Source: Myxococcota bacterium (GTDB lineage: Bacteria; Myxococcota_A; UBA9042; PHBI01; JAWLBL01). Taken from it: a stretch of 51,836 nucleotides of DNA. Location: positions 1-51,836 of the forward strand of contig JAWLBL010000023.1 in assembly GCA_041687695.1 (NCBI GenBank). The letters run 5' to 3'. Below, piece after piece: positions 1-9,040 of this stretch (its first letter is position 1; every line of letters begins with the position of its first letter). Under the pieces are notes generated by a model that did not search any database, was not told the origin of the DNA, and worked only from the letters and a program-made list of their open reading frames with translations. The translations under genes were made by a program, and so were the position numbers.

Positions 1-360
1 CCGCGGCCCCCCGCGGCCCCAGCGCCGCCTCCCCCTATCCCCCTCGAGGCGTCCGTCCCCCGGTCGCACGGCACCCGTCCGTCCAGCGCCCCATTTTCGG
101 CCCTCCGCCGCCGCTTCCGCCCCCCCAGTACCGCCCGTCCGCTGCTCCCCGACCCCCGATTTTCGCCCCATCCGCCCCACGACGACGTGCCCCCGAAACC
201 CGACCCTTGGTGCGGTTCTGGGGGAGCGGTCCTGGGAGGTGCCGCCCGCGCGGCAGCCGTGTCAAAGGTCTGCAAAACCGAGAGGTTCGTGACGGAGATC
301 ACGAAGCGCCAGGGTTGTCGGGACCATTCTCGTGCGTGGGCACCAGCAGGGAGGGTCGCG

Positions 361-951
361 ATGCTTGGGAAGCTGATGGCGAAGGCGTTTCTGAAGGTGA
401 TGGGCTGGAAGGTGGAAGGCGAGGCGCCGGCGGCGGCGAAGTGCGTGCTCGTGCTCGCGCCTCACACGAGCAACTGGGACTTCTTCTTCATGCTCGCGAC
501 GGCGAACGCCCTGGGCGTCCATGGGCGCTGGTTCGGCAAGGACGCCATCTTCAAGGGGCCGTTCGGATGGTTCGCGCGGAAGCTGGGCGGCATGCCCGTG
601 GACCGGCGCGCGCCGCATGGGTTGGTGAAGGAGGTCGCGCGCCACTTCGCCGCGCACGAGCGCCTGGTCGTGGCGGTCCAGCCCGAGGGGACGCGCAGCT
701 ACGCCAGCCACTGGAAGTCGGGGTTCTACCAGATCGCGGTCGAGGCGGGCGTGCCCATCGCCACGCTCTCGCTCGACTTCGCCAAGCGGCGCGGTGGATT
801 CGGGCCCTGCTTCCACCCCACGGGAGATCGCGCGGCCGATATGGACATCCTGCGCGCCTACTACGCGGACAAGACCGCCCGCTGGCCGGAGAAGGTCGGC
901 CCGATTCGTCTCGAGGACGAGTCGGCCGAGCCGCTCGCGCGGGCGGCCTGA
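361..951 (+). CDS. 1-acyl-sn-glycerol-3-phosphate acyltransferase-like (LPLAT/PlsC family) protein
   Basis: Acyltransferase motifs HTSNWD (HX4D) and PEGTRS; ATG at 361 preceded by GGGAGGG. Confidence 0.9.
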   Translation: MLGKLMAKAFLKVMGWKVEGEAPAAAKCVLVLAPHTSNWDFFFMLATANALGVHGRWFGKDAIFKGPFGWFARKLGGMPVDRRAPHGLVKEVARHFAAHERLVVAVQPEGTRSYASHWKSGFYQIAVEAGVPIATLSLDFAKRRGGFGPCFHPTGDRAADMDILRAYYADKTARWPEKVGPIRLEDESAEPLARAA

Positions 952-1038
952 GCGCAGCACGACGTGCTGCCTGTCGCTCCGGGAATGACCGGCACTTCCG
1001 CCGACGGCGTTCACTGACACGAGCGGGAGGGGCGCGGG

Positions 1039-1701
1039 TCAACGTGGGCGGCGCAAGCCGAGGTCGCGGAGGGAGCGCTTTCCGAGCTGCTCCTTGGCGG
1101 TGACCGAGACCTCGTGGCCCAGGAGCTGGGTGACGAGCTGCTTGGTCGCCGGCGGCACGTGGGCCGTGTCGGCAGCGGCGCTCGGGCGGCCGAGGTGCAG
1201 GCGGTACCAGACACCGTCGAGGCGCGCGAGCACGGTGGTGGCGCTCTCGCGGAGGAGGCCGGCGTCGACCCCGGTCGGGACGCGCGTGCGGGTGCGTCGC
1301 CAGGGGGAGCGCGGAGAGGTGCGCAGGAGGCCGGTCCGAGGACAGACGTACAGCGGCGCCCAGCGGACGGCGACGAAGTCCGGCTGTCCGTCCACCAGAC
1401 GGACCCGCTGCGCGACCTCCCACTGCAGGTGTTGCCAGACGTGGTAGTCCACCGTGCGCGTCAGCCGGAGCCGGGCGCGCAGCTCGGAGTAGACGTCGTC
1501 CCACGGGCGCCCCACGCAGCTCCGCAGAAAGCGCCGCAGCGGCGCCAGGTACTCGTCGAACCAGCCGGTGCGGTCGGGGCCCTTCATCCCTTCGCGCCGC
1601 ACGTCGCGTCGCTCGCGCCGGGCCCGCCGCACCCCAGCGTCCAGGCGCGTGTTTCCGCGCCGGCCCCGGTCGACCAGCAACCTCGAGAGGTCCGCGCGCA
1701 T
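1039..1701 (-). CDS. Arg-rich hypothetical protein, last gene of the rtcB-prfH operon
   Basis: 220 aa; ATG overlaps the prfH stop (TGATG); motif-like segments EYLAPLRRFLRSCVGRPWDDVYSE and LYVCPRTGLL. Confidence 0.75.
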   Translation of the reverse strand: MRADLSRLLVDRGRRGNTRLDAGVRRARRERRDVRREGMKGPDRTGWFDEYLAPLRRFLRSCVGRPWDDVYSELRARLRLTRTVDYHVWQHLQWEVAQRVRLVDGQPDFVAVRWAPLYVCPRTGLLRTSPRSPWRRTRTRVPTGVDAGLLRESATTVLARLDGVWYRLHLGRPSAAADTAHVPPATKQLVTQLLGHEVSVTAKEQLGKRSLRDLGLRRPR

Positions 1702-2333
1702 CAGCCGGCCTCCTGCAGCTGCGTCCAGCGGTCGTCACAGCGCCAGCGCCTCACGGCCGCGCCCCGCACCACGTTCTGGCGGTTCGCGTGGCGGCGCGCT
1801 CCGTCCGTTGCCGTGGCCTGCTCGGCCCGCTGCGCCAGCGCCCGCTCTAGCCGCTGCAGGGCGAGGCGCCGGTTGGCGGCCTGGGAGCGCTCGTCGGAGG
1901 CGCGGATCGACAGGCCGGTGGGGCGATGCACCACCTGGACCGCAGTGTCCGACGTGTTGACGTGCTGGCCGCCCGGGCCGCCCGCGCGGCAGGTGCGGAC
2001 GGTCATGTCCTCGAGGCGTAGCGTGGCTGGCGCGTCGACGACGTCGGAGACCAGCACACCGGCGAACCACCGCTGGCGCGAACGCTTGCCGCGACGCGGG
2101 CTCGCGGCGCGCAGCTCGTGGGTGCCCAGCCAGCCCGACAACGCGGCCAAGGCGTCCCCGTCGACCCTCAGGACCACCGAGGCGGGCGCTTCGGGCTCGC
2201 CATGGACGGCCTCGACCGCGGCGACCAGCCCCTCGGCGGCCAACCGGGCCACCGTCTGCCGGGCGAGGAGCGCGACGAACCGACGCACCTCCCACGGGCC
2301 GCGGCCCGCGCTGACCTCGACCCGCGCGCTCAC
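1701..2333 (-). CDS. prfH: Peptide chain release factor H (PrfH)-like ribosome rescue factor
   Basis: GGPGGQHVN (GGQ) motif, N-terminal SAGRGP, R.RWFAGV segment, ERSQAANR; GTG start overlaps the rtcB stop (GTGA). Confidence 0.9.
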   Translation of the reverse strand: MSARVEVSAGRGPWEVRRFVALLARQTVARLAAEGLVAAVEAVHGEPEAPASVVLRVDGDALAALSGWLGTHELRAASPRRGKRSRQRWFAGVLVSDVVDAPATLRLEDMTVRTCRAGGPGGQHVNTSDTAVQVVHRPTGLSIRASDERSQAANRRLALQRLERALAQRAEQATATDGARRHANRQNVVRGAAVRRWRCDDRWTQLQEAG

Positions 2334-3535
2334 AGCTTCACCGTCATGACCGGCGTCAGCTCGGCGACGCGGGTGGCCGACCCGTGGCGCTCGAGGCTGC
2401 TCACGACCGTCTCGATGTCCTTGTAGGCGTCGGGGTGCTCGGCGTACAGCAGCCGCGGGTCGTCGCACACCACCCGGCCGCCCAGGCGCGTCCGCGTCAG
2501 CTCGCGCCGGCGGTAGCGCGCCGACAGCTTGTCGGCCGCCTCGGACCGCGTCATGCGGCGCCCGGCGCCGTGGGCCACCGACCAGAGCGCGTCCTCGCGG
2601 CCCGCGCCGAGCATCACCCACGAGGCGGCCCCGCGGCTGCCGAGGACCACGGTCAGCTCTTCGGCCCCGGCCGGGGCGGCGCCCTTGCGGTGGACCCAGG
2701 CCGACTGGTCGTCGACCGTGGCGGCGACGACGGTGTTGTGCACGAGGTCCAGGCTGCCCCCCAGACGCGAGGGACGCGCGGCACCCAGGGCGTCCAGCAG
2801 GCGCCAGGCGAGGAGAGCCCGGTTGACCTGGGCGAAGCGCACGGCGCCAGCCAGCTCGCCGCGGTATCGCGCCAGCTCGGGGCCGGTGAGCCGCGCGGAG
2901 CCCCAGCGTTCGGCGAGGGCGCGGCCGAGCCCCCGGCTGCCGCTGTGGACCAGGATCGCGTGGCGGCCCGCGCGCAAGCCGACCCGCGCGGCGGCCTCGC
3001 GGTCCTCCACGCGCGCGACCGCCGACAGCTCGGCGAAGTGGTTGCCGCCGCCGATGGTGCCGAGCGCGGCCGCGAAGTCGGCCAGTCCAGCCGGCGGGTC
3101 CACGACGGGGCCGGCCGGAACCTCATCGACGGCCCACGCCTCGGCGAGCATGGCCAGGTCGCGAGGGATCCCCGGGCAGGCGACGAGGCCGGCCACACCG
3201 GACCGCCACGCGGCCTCGAAGAGGGCCTGCGGCGGCACGTCGAGCTCGACCGGCCCCGCGAAGGCGTCGCGGACCCGGCGCTCGAGGGCGTCACCCCGGA
3301 ACGGGGCCTTGTCGACGGCGACCAGGCGCACGCCGCACCCGGCGTCGCTGCCGACAAGCTGCGGGATGAGGTGGTCGCGGAAGGCGAAGGCGGCCCCGAT
3401 GGGCACGCCGGGCCCCGGGTGGAGGTCCGGCTGGCCGACCGCGCGCACGCAGCCGGGCCAGGCGGCCACGGCCTCGAGCTGCCGGAGCGCCTCTCCTTCG
3501 ATCCAGACGTCTTCATGGGCGATGACGGTGCACAT
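2330..3535 (-). CDS. rtcB: RtcB-family RNA ligase, release factor H-coupled (RtcB2-type)
   Basis: All catalytic motifs present: PDLHPG, DAGCG, GGGNHFAE, HSGSRG, HN, HRKGA, HGAGR; adjacent to prfH. Confidence 0.93.
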   Translation of the reverse strand: MCTVIAHEDVWIEGEALRQLEAVAAWPGCVRAVGQPDLHPGPGVPIGAAFAFRDHLIPQLVGSDAGCGVRLVAVDKAPFRGDALERRVRDAFAGPVELDVPPQALFEAAWRSGVAGLVACPGIPRDLAMLAEAWAVDEVPAGPVVDPPAGLADFAAALGTIGGGNHFAELSAVARVEDREAAARVGLRAGRHAILVHSGSRGLGRALAERWGSARLTGPELARYRGELAGAVRFAQVNRALLAWRLLDALGAARPSRLGGSLDLVHNTVVAATVDDQSAWVHRKGAAPAGAEELTVVLGSRGAASWVMLGAGREDALWSVAHGAGRRMTRSEAADKLSARYRRRELTRTRLGGRVVCDDPRLLYAEHPDAYKDIETVVSSLERHGSATRVAELTPVMTVKL

Positions 3536-3547
3536 GCCCGCTGTATG

Positions 3548-3563
3548 AGCAATGTGCGTGCCA
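3548..3563 (-). promoter_or_regulatory. sigma54 (-24/-12) promoter for rtcB-prfH operon
   Basis: Minus strand reads TGGCAC-GCACA-TTGCT, matching TGGCAC-N5-TTGC(A/T); lies next to a divergent sigma54 activator. Confidence 0.88.
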
Positions 3564-3615
3564 GGCAACAGACGCCTTGTGTTTCAGTGGGTTGAGTGCT
3601 GCCTCTCGGCGCAGG

Positions 3616-3646
3616 TGGTGCGGAATGCACCATTTCTTCTGGTGCG
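3616..3646. promoter_or_regulatory. Candidate upstream activator sequence (inverted repeats) for the RtcR-like activator
   Basis: TGGTGC-GGAAT-GCACCA and overlapping GCACCA-TTTCTTC-TGGTGC dyads, about 80-110 bp upstream of the predicted +1. Confidence 0.5.
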
Positions 3647-3679
3647 TAGCGCTGCAGCTGTGGTGTGCTGCGTACCACC

Positions 3680-5167
3680 ATGACCCTCCTGCTCACCTGG
3701 ACCGATCGCACCGGCCCCACGTCGCTGGGCCACCACGCTCCATCCGGCGGACGCGACCCGGGCCCCGTGATCCGGCTACTCGAGCAGCCCGAGAGCCGCG
3801 GTCGGTACTCGGCCGCCGTCGTCGTCACGACCCCGTTCGCAGCGGCGGGCGCCGCCTGCATGGCGGCCGAGATGCGTGCGCACGTGGGGCGCGTCGAGGT
3901 CACGAGCGTCGACGTGACCGATCCCAGCGATCACGAGCAGCTCTTCGCCGCGCTCGGGCCGCTGGTGCATGGGCTGCCGCGCGACGGGGACATCGACGTG
4001 GTGCTCTCGGCCGGCACGCCACAGGTGCAGACCCTGTGGGTCATCCTGGTCAAGTCGGGGCTGCTGCGCGCGCGGATGCTGAAGGTCGTGCCGCCGGCCT
4101 TCGTGCCGCATCCGCACCCGCGGCCGGTGGTCGAGGTGCGCCTGGACTTCGAGGGGTTCCCGGAGATCCGGGCGCTGCGCGACGAGGTGCACCGCCTGCG
4201 GGCGGAGGCGTCCGTCCGGCGAGGCCTGCTGGGACGGAGCGAGCCCATGGAGCGCCTGCGTCGGCTGGTCGCGCGCCTGGCGCCGACCGATGTCCCGGTG
4301 CTGGTGCACGGCGAGACGGGCACGGGCAAGGAGCTGGTCGCGCGCGCGCTGCACGAGGCCGGGGGGCGCCGGCCGGGGCCTTTCGTGGCGGAGAACTGCG
4401 GGGCGCTGTCCGAGGGCGTGCTGGCGAGCGAGCTGTTCGGACACGAGAAGGGCGCGTTCACGGGCGCCGGGCAGCGGCGGCGCGGGCTGTTCGAGCAGGC
4501 CCACGGCGGGACGCTCTTCCTGGACGAGGTGGCCGAGCTGCCGCCACGGGTCCAGGTGATGCTGCTGCGTGTGCTCCAGGAAGGCGAGGTCCGGCGGGTC
4601 GGCGGCGAGCGCGCCGTGCCGGTGGACGTGCGCATCGTCGCCGCGACGCACCGGGACCTGGGGGCCATGGTGCGCGAGGGCCGCTTCCGCGAGGACCTGT
4701 GGTATCGGCTGCGCGGCGCGACCCTCGAGGTGCCGCCGCTGCGCGAGCGCTCGGGTGACCTGCGCCTGCTGGTCGAGCACTTCCTGGCCGAGGCCGGCGC
4801 GCTGCACCTCGCCCCGACGCTCGGCGCCTATCGAGCGCTCCAGGCGTATGGCTGGCCCGGGAACATCCGCGAGCTACGCGGCGAGGTGGTCCGCTGGTCC
4901 GTCTTCTGCGAGTCGGTGGTGGACCTGGCCGACCTGTCGCCCGAGATCGTCGCGGGACCTGGAGCGGCGCCGAGGCATGCGGAGCCTGGGCCCCACCTTC
5001 GGGCGGCGGGACCGACCCTGGCCGAGGCCGTCGCCCAGGCCGAGCGCGAGGCCGTCCAGGCGGCCTTCGCACGTCACGGAGGCAACAAGTCACGGACCGC
5101 GCGAGCGTTGGGCATCGACCGCAACACGCTCAAGCGCAAGCTCGCGCAGTACGACATCGACGCGTGA
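3680..5167 (+). CDS. RtcR-like sigma54-dependent activator (N-terminal CARF-like domain, AAA+, Fis-type HTH)
   Basis: GETGTGKE (Walker A), GAFTGA, LFLDEV, WPGNIREL, C-terminal GNKSRTARALGIDRNTL; N-terminus DPSDHEQLF...VVLSAGTPQ resembles the RtcR CARF domain. Confidence 0.88.
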   Translation: MTLLLTWTDRTGPTSLGHHAPSGGRDPGPVIRLLEQPESRGRYSAAVVVTTPFAAAGAACMAAEMRAHVGRVEVTSVDVTDPSDHEQLFAALGPLVHGLPRDGDIDVVLSAGTPQVQTLWVILVKSGLLRARMLKVVPPAFVPHPHPRPVVEVRLDFEGFPEIRALRDEVHRLRAEASVRRGLLGRSEPMERLRRLVARLAPTDVPVLVHGETGTGKELVARALHEAGGRRPGPFVAENCGALSEGVLASELFGHEKGAFTGAGQRRRGLFEQAHGGTLFLDEVAELPPRVQVMLLRVLQEGEVRRVGGERAVPVDVRIVAATHRDLGAMVREGRFREDLWYRLRGATLEVPPLRERSGDLRLLVEHFLAEAGALHLAPTLGAYRALQAYGWPGNIRELRGEVVRWSVFCESVVDLADLSPEIVAGPGAAPRHAEPGPHLRAAGPTLAEAVAQAEREAVQAAFARHGGNKSRTARALGIDRNTLKRKLAQYDIDA

Positions 5168-5193
5168 GCGCCCGGGCCGCGACGCCCGGCGCG

Positions 5194-6051
5194 TCACGGC
5201 GCCGTGGGTGTGCAGGTCAGGTCGTCCAGGGCGAGGGCCGCGCCGCCGGGGACGCAGATGCGAGGCTGATCGCCGGCGTAGACCACGATCGGGTCGAGGT
5301 CGCTGGGGTGGACGCACAGCGAGCCCTGCGGGCAGTCGTGGTCCTCGAAGCAGGCCAAGGTGCAGCCGGAGCGGGCGCAGTCGTGGTCGGAGTCGCGGGC
5401 GACGAGGCAGCGGTTGCCCGAGCAGCCATTCGTCGGCAGCACCCACGTCGTCCCGGGGAGCTCCGAGGGGAGGTCGAGGCCGGTGTCACAGGGCTGCATG
5501 TAGTCGGGAACGGCCGGGGGATCGGCGGCGACGCAGGTGTTGGTCGCCTGGTCGCAAGCCAGGTAGGTCACCGTGACCGCGCCGTCTTCGGCGACCGTGG
5601 CCGGCGGGGGAGGGCAGAGGCCGCCGGGCTGGCACGGGGCGCCGACGTCACTGGGGGGCGTGCAGAGGTCCCGCTCGTCCTCGAGATACCCGGAGCGGTA
5701 CGCGGTCAGGCAGACCTCGCCCTCGGGACAGGCGACCCGGTGTGACCCGCACTGGCCCCTCCACGCCCAGCAAGGGATCGGGCCGCCGAGGAACCTCGTC
5801 ACGACCCCGCTCCGGCAGGTCGCCTGGTCGAAGCAGTCGTAATGGCAATGCGGATCGGTGTCGTCATCGACTTCGGCCGCCGGCGGCGCGTCGGCCGACC
5901 CGGTCGAATCGCCGCCCGGAGTATCCGATTCGGGGGCGCCGATGGTGTCGCTCGACGGGTTCGCCGGCGCGTCGGTGCCGCATCCGAGCGCGAGCGCCCA
6001 AAGGCCGCAGGCTGCGGGCAGCCAGGACATGGTCGTGTTGCCGGTGGGCAT
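5194..6051 (-). CDS. Cys-rich putative lipoprotein
   Basis: Hydrophobic stretch with lipobox-like LALGC, acidic linker, many Cys; start 6051 or 6030. Confidence 0.7.
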   Translation of the reverse strand: MPTGNTTMSWLPAACGLWALALGCGTDAPANPSSDTIGAPESDTPGGDSTGSADAPPAAEVDDDTDPHCHYDCFDQATCRSGVVTRFLGGPIPCWAWRGQCGSHRVACPEGEVCLTAYRSGYLEDERDLCTPPSDVGAPCQPGGLCPPPPATVAEDGAVTVTYLACDQATNTCVAADPPAVPDYMQPCDTGLDLPSELPGTTWVLPTNGCSGNRCLVARDSDHDCARSGCTLACFEDHDCPQGSLCVHPSDLDPIVVYAGDQPRICVPGGAALALDDLTCTPTAP

Positions 6052-6369
6052 GAAGTCTCTCCGACCAGGAAGCCTCCGGAGGTCCCGCCACGGAGGGCGC
6101 CGCAGCTCACGATGACGCCCTCGGGGTGCCAACGCAACACGAACGGGTGGAGCGGATGCGCAGCGCGGCCGAGCCGGCGGTCGACGCCTCGGGCGAGGGC
6201 GCGCGGCGCGGATCGGGGCGTCGGCGGTGTTCGGGGGCGTCCCGAAGGTCATCGGGGTCACGACACGCGCAAGCCGGCGGGTCCGCCCGGCACGTCGGGC
6301 TTGAAGGCTCGACGCAGGGCGGGGGTTGGAGGCATGCTCGCGGCGCCCGGACGGGCAGAGGAGGTCGTG

Positions 6370-7770
6370 ATGTCCAGCGCCATGCCGTTCACCGCAGCGC
6401 CCGAGGGGGCCTCGTCACCGTTGGAGGCGTCCGCGCTGGAGTTGGCGCGGCGGGTGAGGGCGGGCGAGCTGACGTCCGAGGCGTTGGTGGCGTTCTACCT
6501 CGAGCGGATCTCGCGGCTGGACGGGCGCTACGCGGCGTTCGTGAGCGTGCAGGCCGAGCGGGCGTTGGCGGAGGCGCGCAAGAAGGACCGGCGGGGGCGG
6601 GGCGGGAAGCTGCCGCCGTTTCACGGGGTCCCCATCGCGGTCAAGGACCTGCACATGCTGCGGGGGACGCGGACCGGGATGGGCTCGCGGGCGTTCCAGT
6701 GGTTCTACAGCCCCGTCGACGACGCGACGGTGCGGGCGCTGCGGCGGGCCGGGTTCGTCATCGTCGGCAAGACGTCGACCTCCGAGCTGGCGCTGCTGCC
6801 CATCGTCGAGCCGGACACGCACGCGCCGACGCGCAACCCGTGGGATCCCCAGCGCACGGCCGGCGGGTCGAGCGGCGGGGCCGGGGCGGCGGTCGCGGCG
6901 GGGCTGCTGCCGCTCGCGCCGGGCAGCGACGGGGCGGGGTCCATCCGCATCCCCTCGGCGGTCTGCGGGCTGGTGGGGCTCAAGCCGACCCGCGGGCGCA
7001 TCCCGAACCCGCACGCGACCTTCGACCGCTTCGGGATGTCCGCCGTCGGGCCGATGGCCCGCAACGTCGACGACGCGGCCGCGCTGATGGACGTGCTGCT
7101 CGGCGGCGACCCGCGCGTGGACGGCAGCGTGCTGGCCAGGGTCCGCGGGCCGCTGCCGCGGCTGAAGGTCGGCCTGCTGCTGCAGCCGCCCATCGGGGAT
7201 GTCGACCCGCACGTGGCGGCGGCCGCCGAGGACGCCGCGCGGGCGCTCGAGGCGCAGGGGCACGAGGTCACGCGCCTCGAGGCGACGCTGGGCACGCTGG
7301 ACGAGTTCCTGCCGATCTACCAGCGCCTGCTGGCGGACATCCCGGTCCTCTTCGAGCGGCGCCTGCAGCCGGTGACGCGCTGGTTCCGCGCCGAGGGGCG
7401 GCGCTGCACGCGCGAGCGGGCGATGGGCGCGTTCCGCTCCCTGTCGGCGCGGGTGAACGCGGCCGTGGCCGGGCAGGACGTGGTCCTGACGCCGACCCTG
7501 CCCATCCTGCCGCCGCGCGTCGGCGAGTTCCGCGACCTGGCGCCCGCCGAGCACTTCCGGGCGTGCGCGGCGATGGGGGCGTTCACGGCCGCCAGCAACC
7601 TGTCGGGGGCGCCGGCGGCGACGGTCCCGTGGGCGCTGAGCGCCGAGGGGCTGCCGCTGGGGCTGCAGCTCATCGGGCGCGCCGGGGACGACGAGCGGGT
7701 CCTGCAGCTGGCGCGTGAGCTGGAGGGGCTGCGGCCGGGGCGGTTCGGCGTGGCGCCGGAGTGCCGCTGA
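6370..7770 (+). CDS. Amidase signature family protein
   Basis: GVPIAVKD, GGSSGG, GSDGAGSIRIPS (Ser-cisSer-Lys triad motifs); RBS GAGGAGG before ATG 6370. Confidence 0.93.
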   Translation: MSSAMPFTAAPEGASSPLEASALELARRVRAGELTSEALVAFYLERISRLDGRYAAFVSVQAERALAEARKKDRRGRGGKLPPFHGVPIAVKDLHMLRGTRTGMGSRAFQWFYSPVDDATVRALRRAGFVIVGKTSTSELALLPIVEPDTHAPTRNPWDPQRTAGGSSGGAGAAVAAGLLPLAPGSDGAGSIRIPSAVCGLVGLKPTRGRIPNPHATFDRFGMSAVGPMARNVDDAAALMDVLLGGDPRVDGSVLARVRGPLPRLKVGLLLQPPIGDVDPHVAAAAEDAARALEAQGHEVTRLEATLGTLDEFLPIYQRLLADIPVLFERRLQPVTRWFRAEGRRCTRERAMGAFRSLSARVNAAVAGQDVVLTPTLPILPPRVGEFRDLAPAEHFRACAAMGAFTAASNLSGAPAATVPWALSAEGLPLGLQLIGRAGDDERVLQLARELEGLRPGRFGVAPECR

Positions 7771-7777
7771 GGCGCCC

Positions 7778-8677
7778 TCAGGGGGCCGCGGCTTCCGGCG
7801 CCGGGGCCCTGCGGAGCCCGCGATAGCCGCCAATCGCGTCGAAGGGGGCGACCACCTCGAGGCCGCTGGGGTGGCGGGCGCGTAGGGGCGGGGCGGGCTG
7901 CTCGTCGGGCTGGCCGGGTTCCCGATCGTGCTGCGGGGACTCGACCGCGAAGCCGCGGGCGCGCAGGTAGCCCTCGAGGGCGCGGCGGTGGTCGACGTTG
8001 AAGCGGTCGATGAACTCCATGAACAGCGCCGAGAGCCCGTTGAGGGTCGGCGGCCCCAGCGCGGGCACGTTGGGGTCGTCGACGACCAGCAGCCAGGCGA
8101 CGTCGCCCTGGCGCGCGAAGTACCAGCCGTCGGCGTCGCCCAGGCCGGCGGCGACGGCGCCGATGGCGAAGGTCAGGTTCTCCGTCAGGTCGGTGCGCGG
8201 CGTGGTGAGCGGGGCCAGGCCGCGCTCCTGACCGAGCGTCCGGAGGCGCGTGGCGAGGGTGAGGCGCGCGGCCGGGAGCGGCGGAGACTCGTCGGCCCAG
8301 GCCCAGGTCCAGGTCCCCTGCTCGTCGGACTTGGCGCCCAGGACCTGGACCGCGACCGGGGCGGCGTCGCCCAGGGTCAGCAGGCCGGCCTCGAGGTCGA
8401 CGCTCACCCCAGCCCCCAGCGGCAAGACCTCGTTGAGGTGCCACTGGCGCTCGAGGCCGAGGGCGCCGTACGCCTCGACCAGCGGCTCGAGGCCGGTCAG
8501 CGCGCGTGGAGCGGCGTCGGGGAGCGACCCGCCGGTCGGCTCGGGCGGCGCGGCGGTCGGGACGGGAGCGGACGCCGAGGCCGGGGTCTGGGGGCCGGCT
8601 TCGGCGCCAGGGGGCGAGCGCTCGGCGCAGGCCGCAGCGAGGCAACATCCGAGTCCGAGCGCGCGTAGCCAGTCCAT
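7778..8677 (-). CDS. Putative lipoprotein, DUF6882-like
   Basis: Lipobox LAAAC; G..S....TWTWAWAD motif recalled from DUF6882-type proteins. Confidence 0.6.
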   Translation of the reverse strand: MDWLRALGLGCCLAAACAERSPPGAEAGPQTPASASAPVPTAAPPEPTGGSLPDAAPRALTGLEPLVEAYGALGLERQWHLNEVLPLGAGVSVDLEAGLLTLGDAAPVAVQVLGAKSDEQGTWTWAWADESPPLPAARLTLATRLRTLGQERGLAPLTTPRTDLTENLTFAIGAVAAGLGDADGWYFARQGDVAWLLVVDDPNVPALGPPTLNGLSALFMEFIDRFNVDHRRALEGYLRARGFAVESPQHDREPGQPDEQPAPPLRARHPSGLEVVAPFDAIGGYRGLRRAPAPEAAAP

Positions 8678-9040
8678 CGAGGTCCTCCGGTCGCCAGGAG
8701 TCTACACCAGACCGGGGTGTGACAGTGGGCGGGGCCCGGCCGGCTGGGAGAGACGGTCGCGACGGCGGCTTCGAGTGCGTAGGCCTTGTCCGAGTCATCG
8801 ATCGGCCCAGGAGAGCGCCGGCATCGTCGGCGCGGTCCAGAGCGGGCCCGCGGCCCGCGGGAACAACCCTCATGCGACAGCCTCTGGGAGCCAGCTGACC
8901 CGGGGAGCCCGGCGCGGGTCCGATGGAGCGCCCGCGCTCGCGCGGGCTGTTGGATCGCGCCGCTCGCGGCGCCGTCGCTCAGCGTCGCGGCCGACTGGGA
9001 GCGAGCGGCGCCGCGGAGGGACGGGCGCGGCCGGCCGGGG

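Noticed and set aside
1..360. C-rich low-complexity stretch and short ORFs at the window start
   Set aside because: No supportable coding or RNA feature; only a 10-bp duplication
3626..3646. NtrC binding site
   Set aside because: Half-sites resemble NtrC's but the spacing is longer than the canonical site; the adjacent activator is the more parsimonious binder
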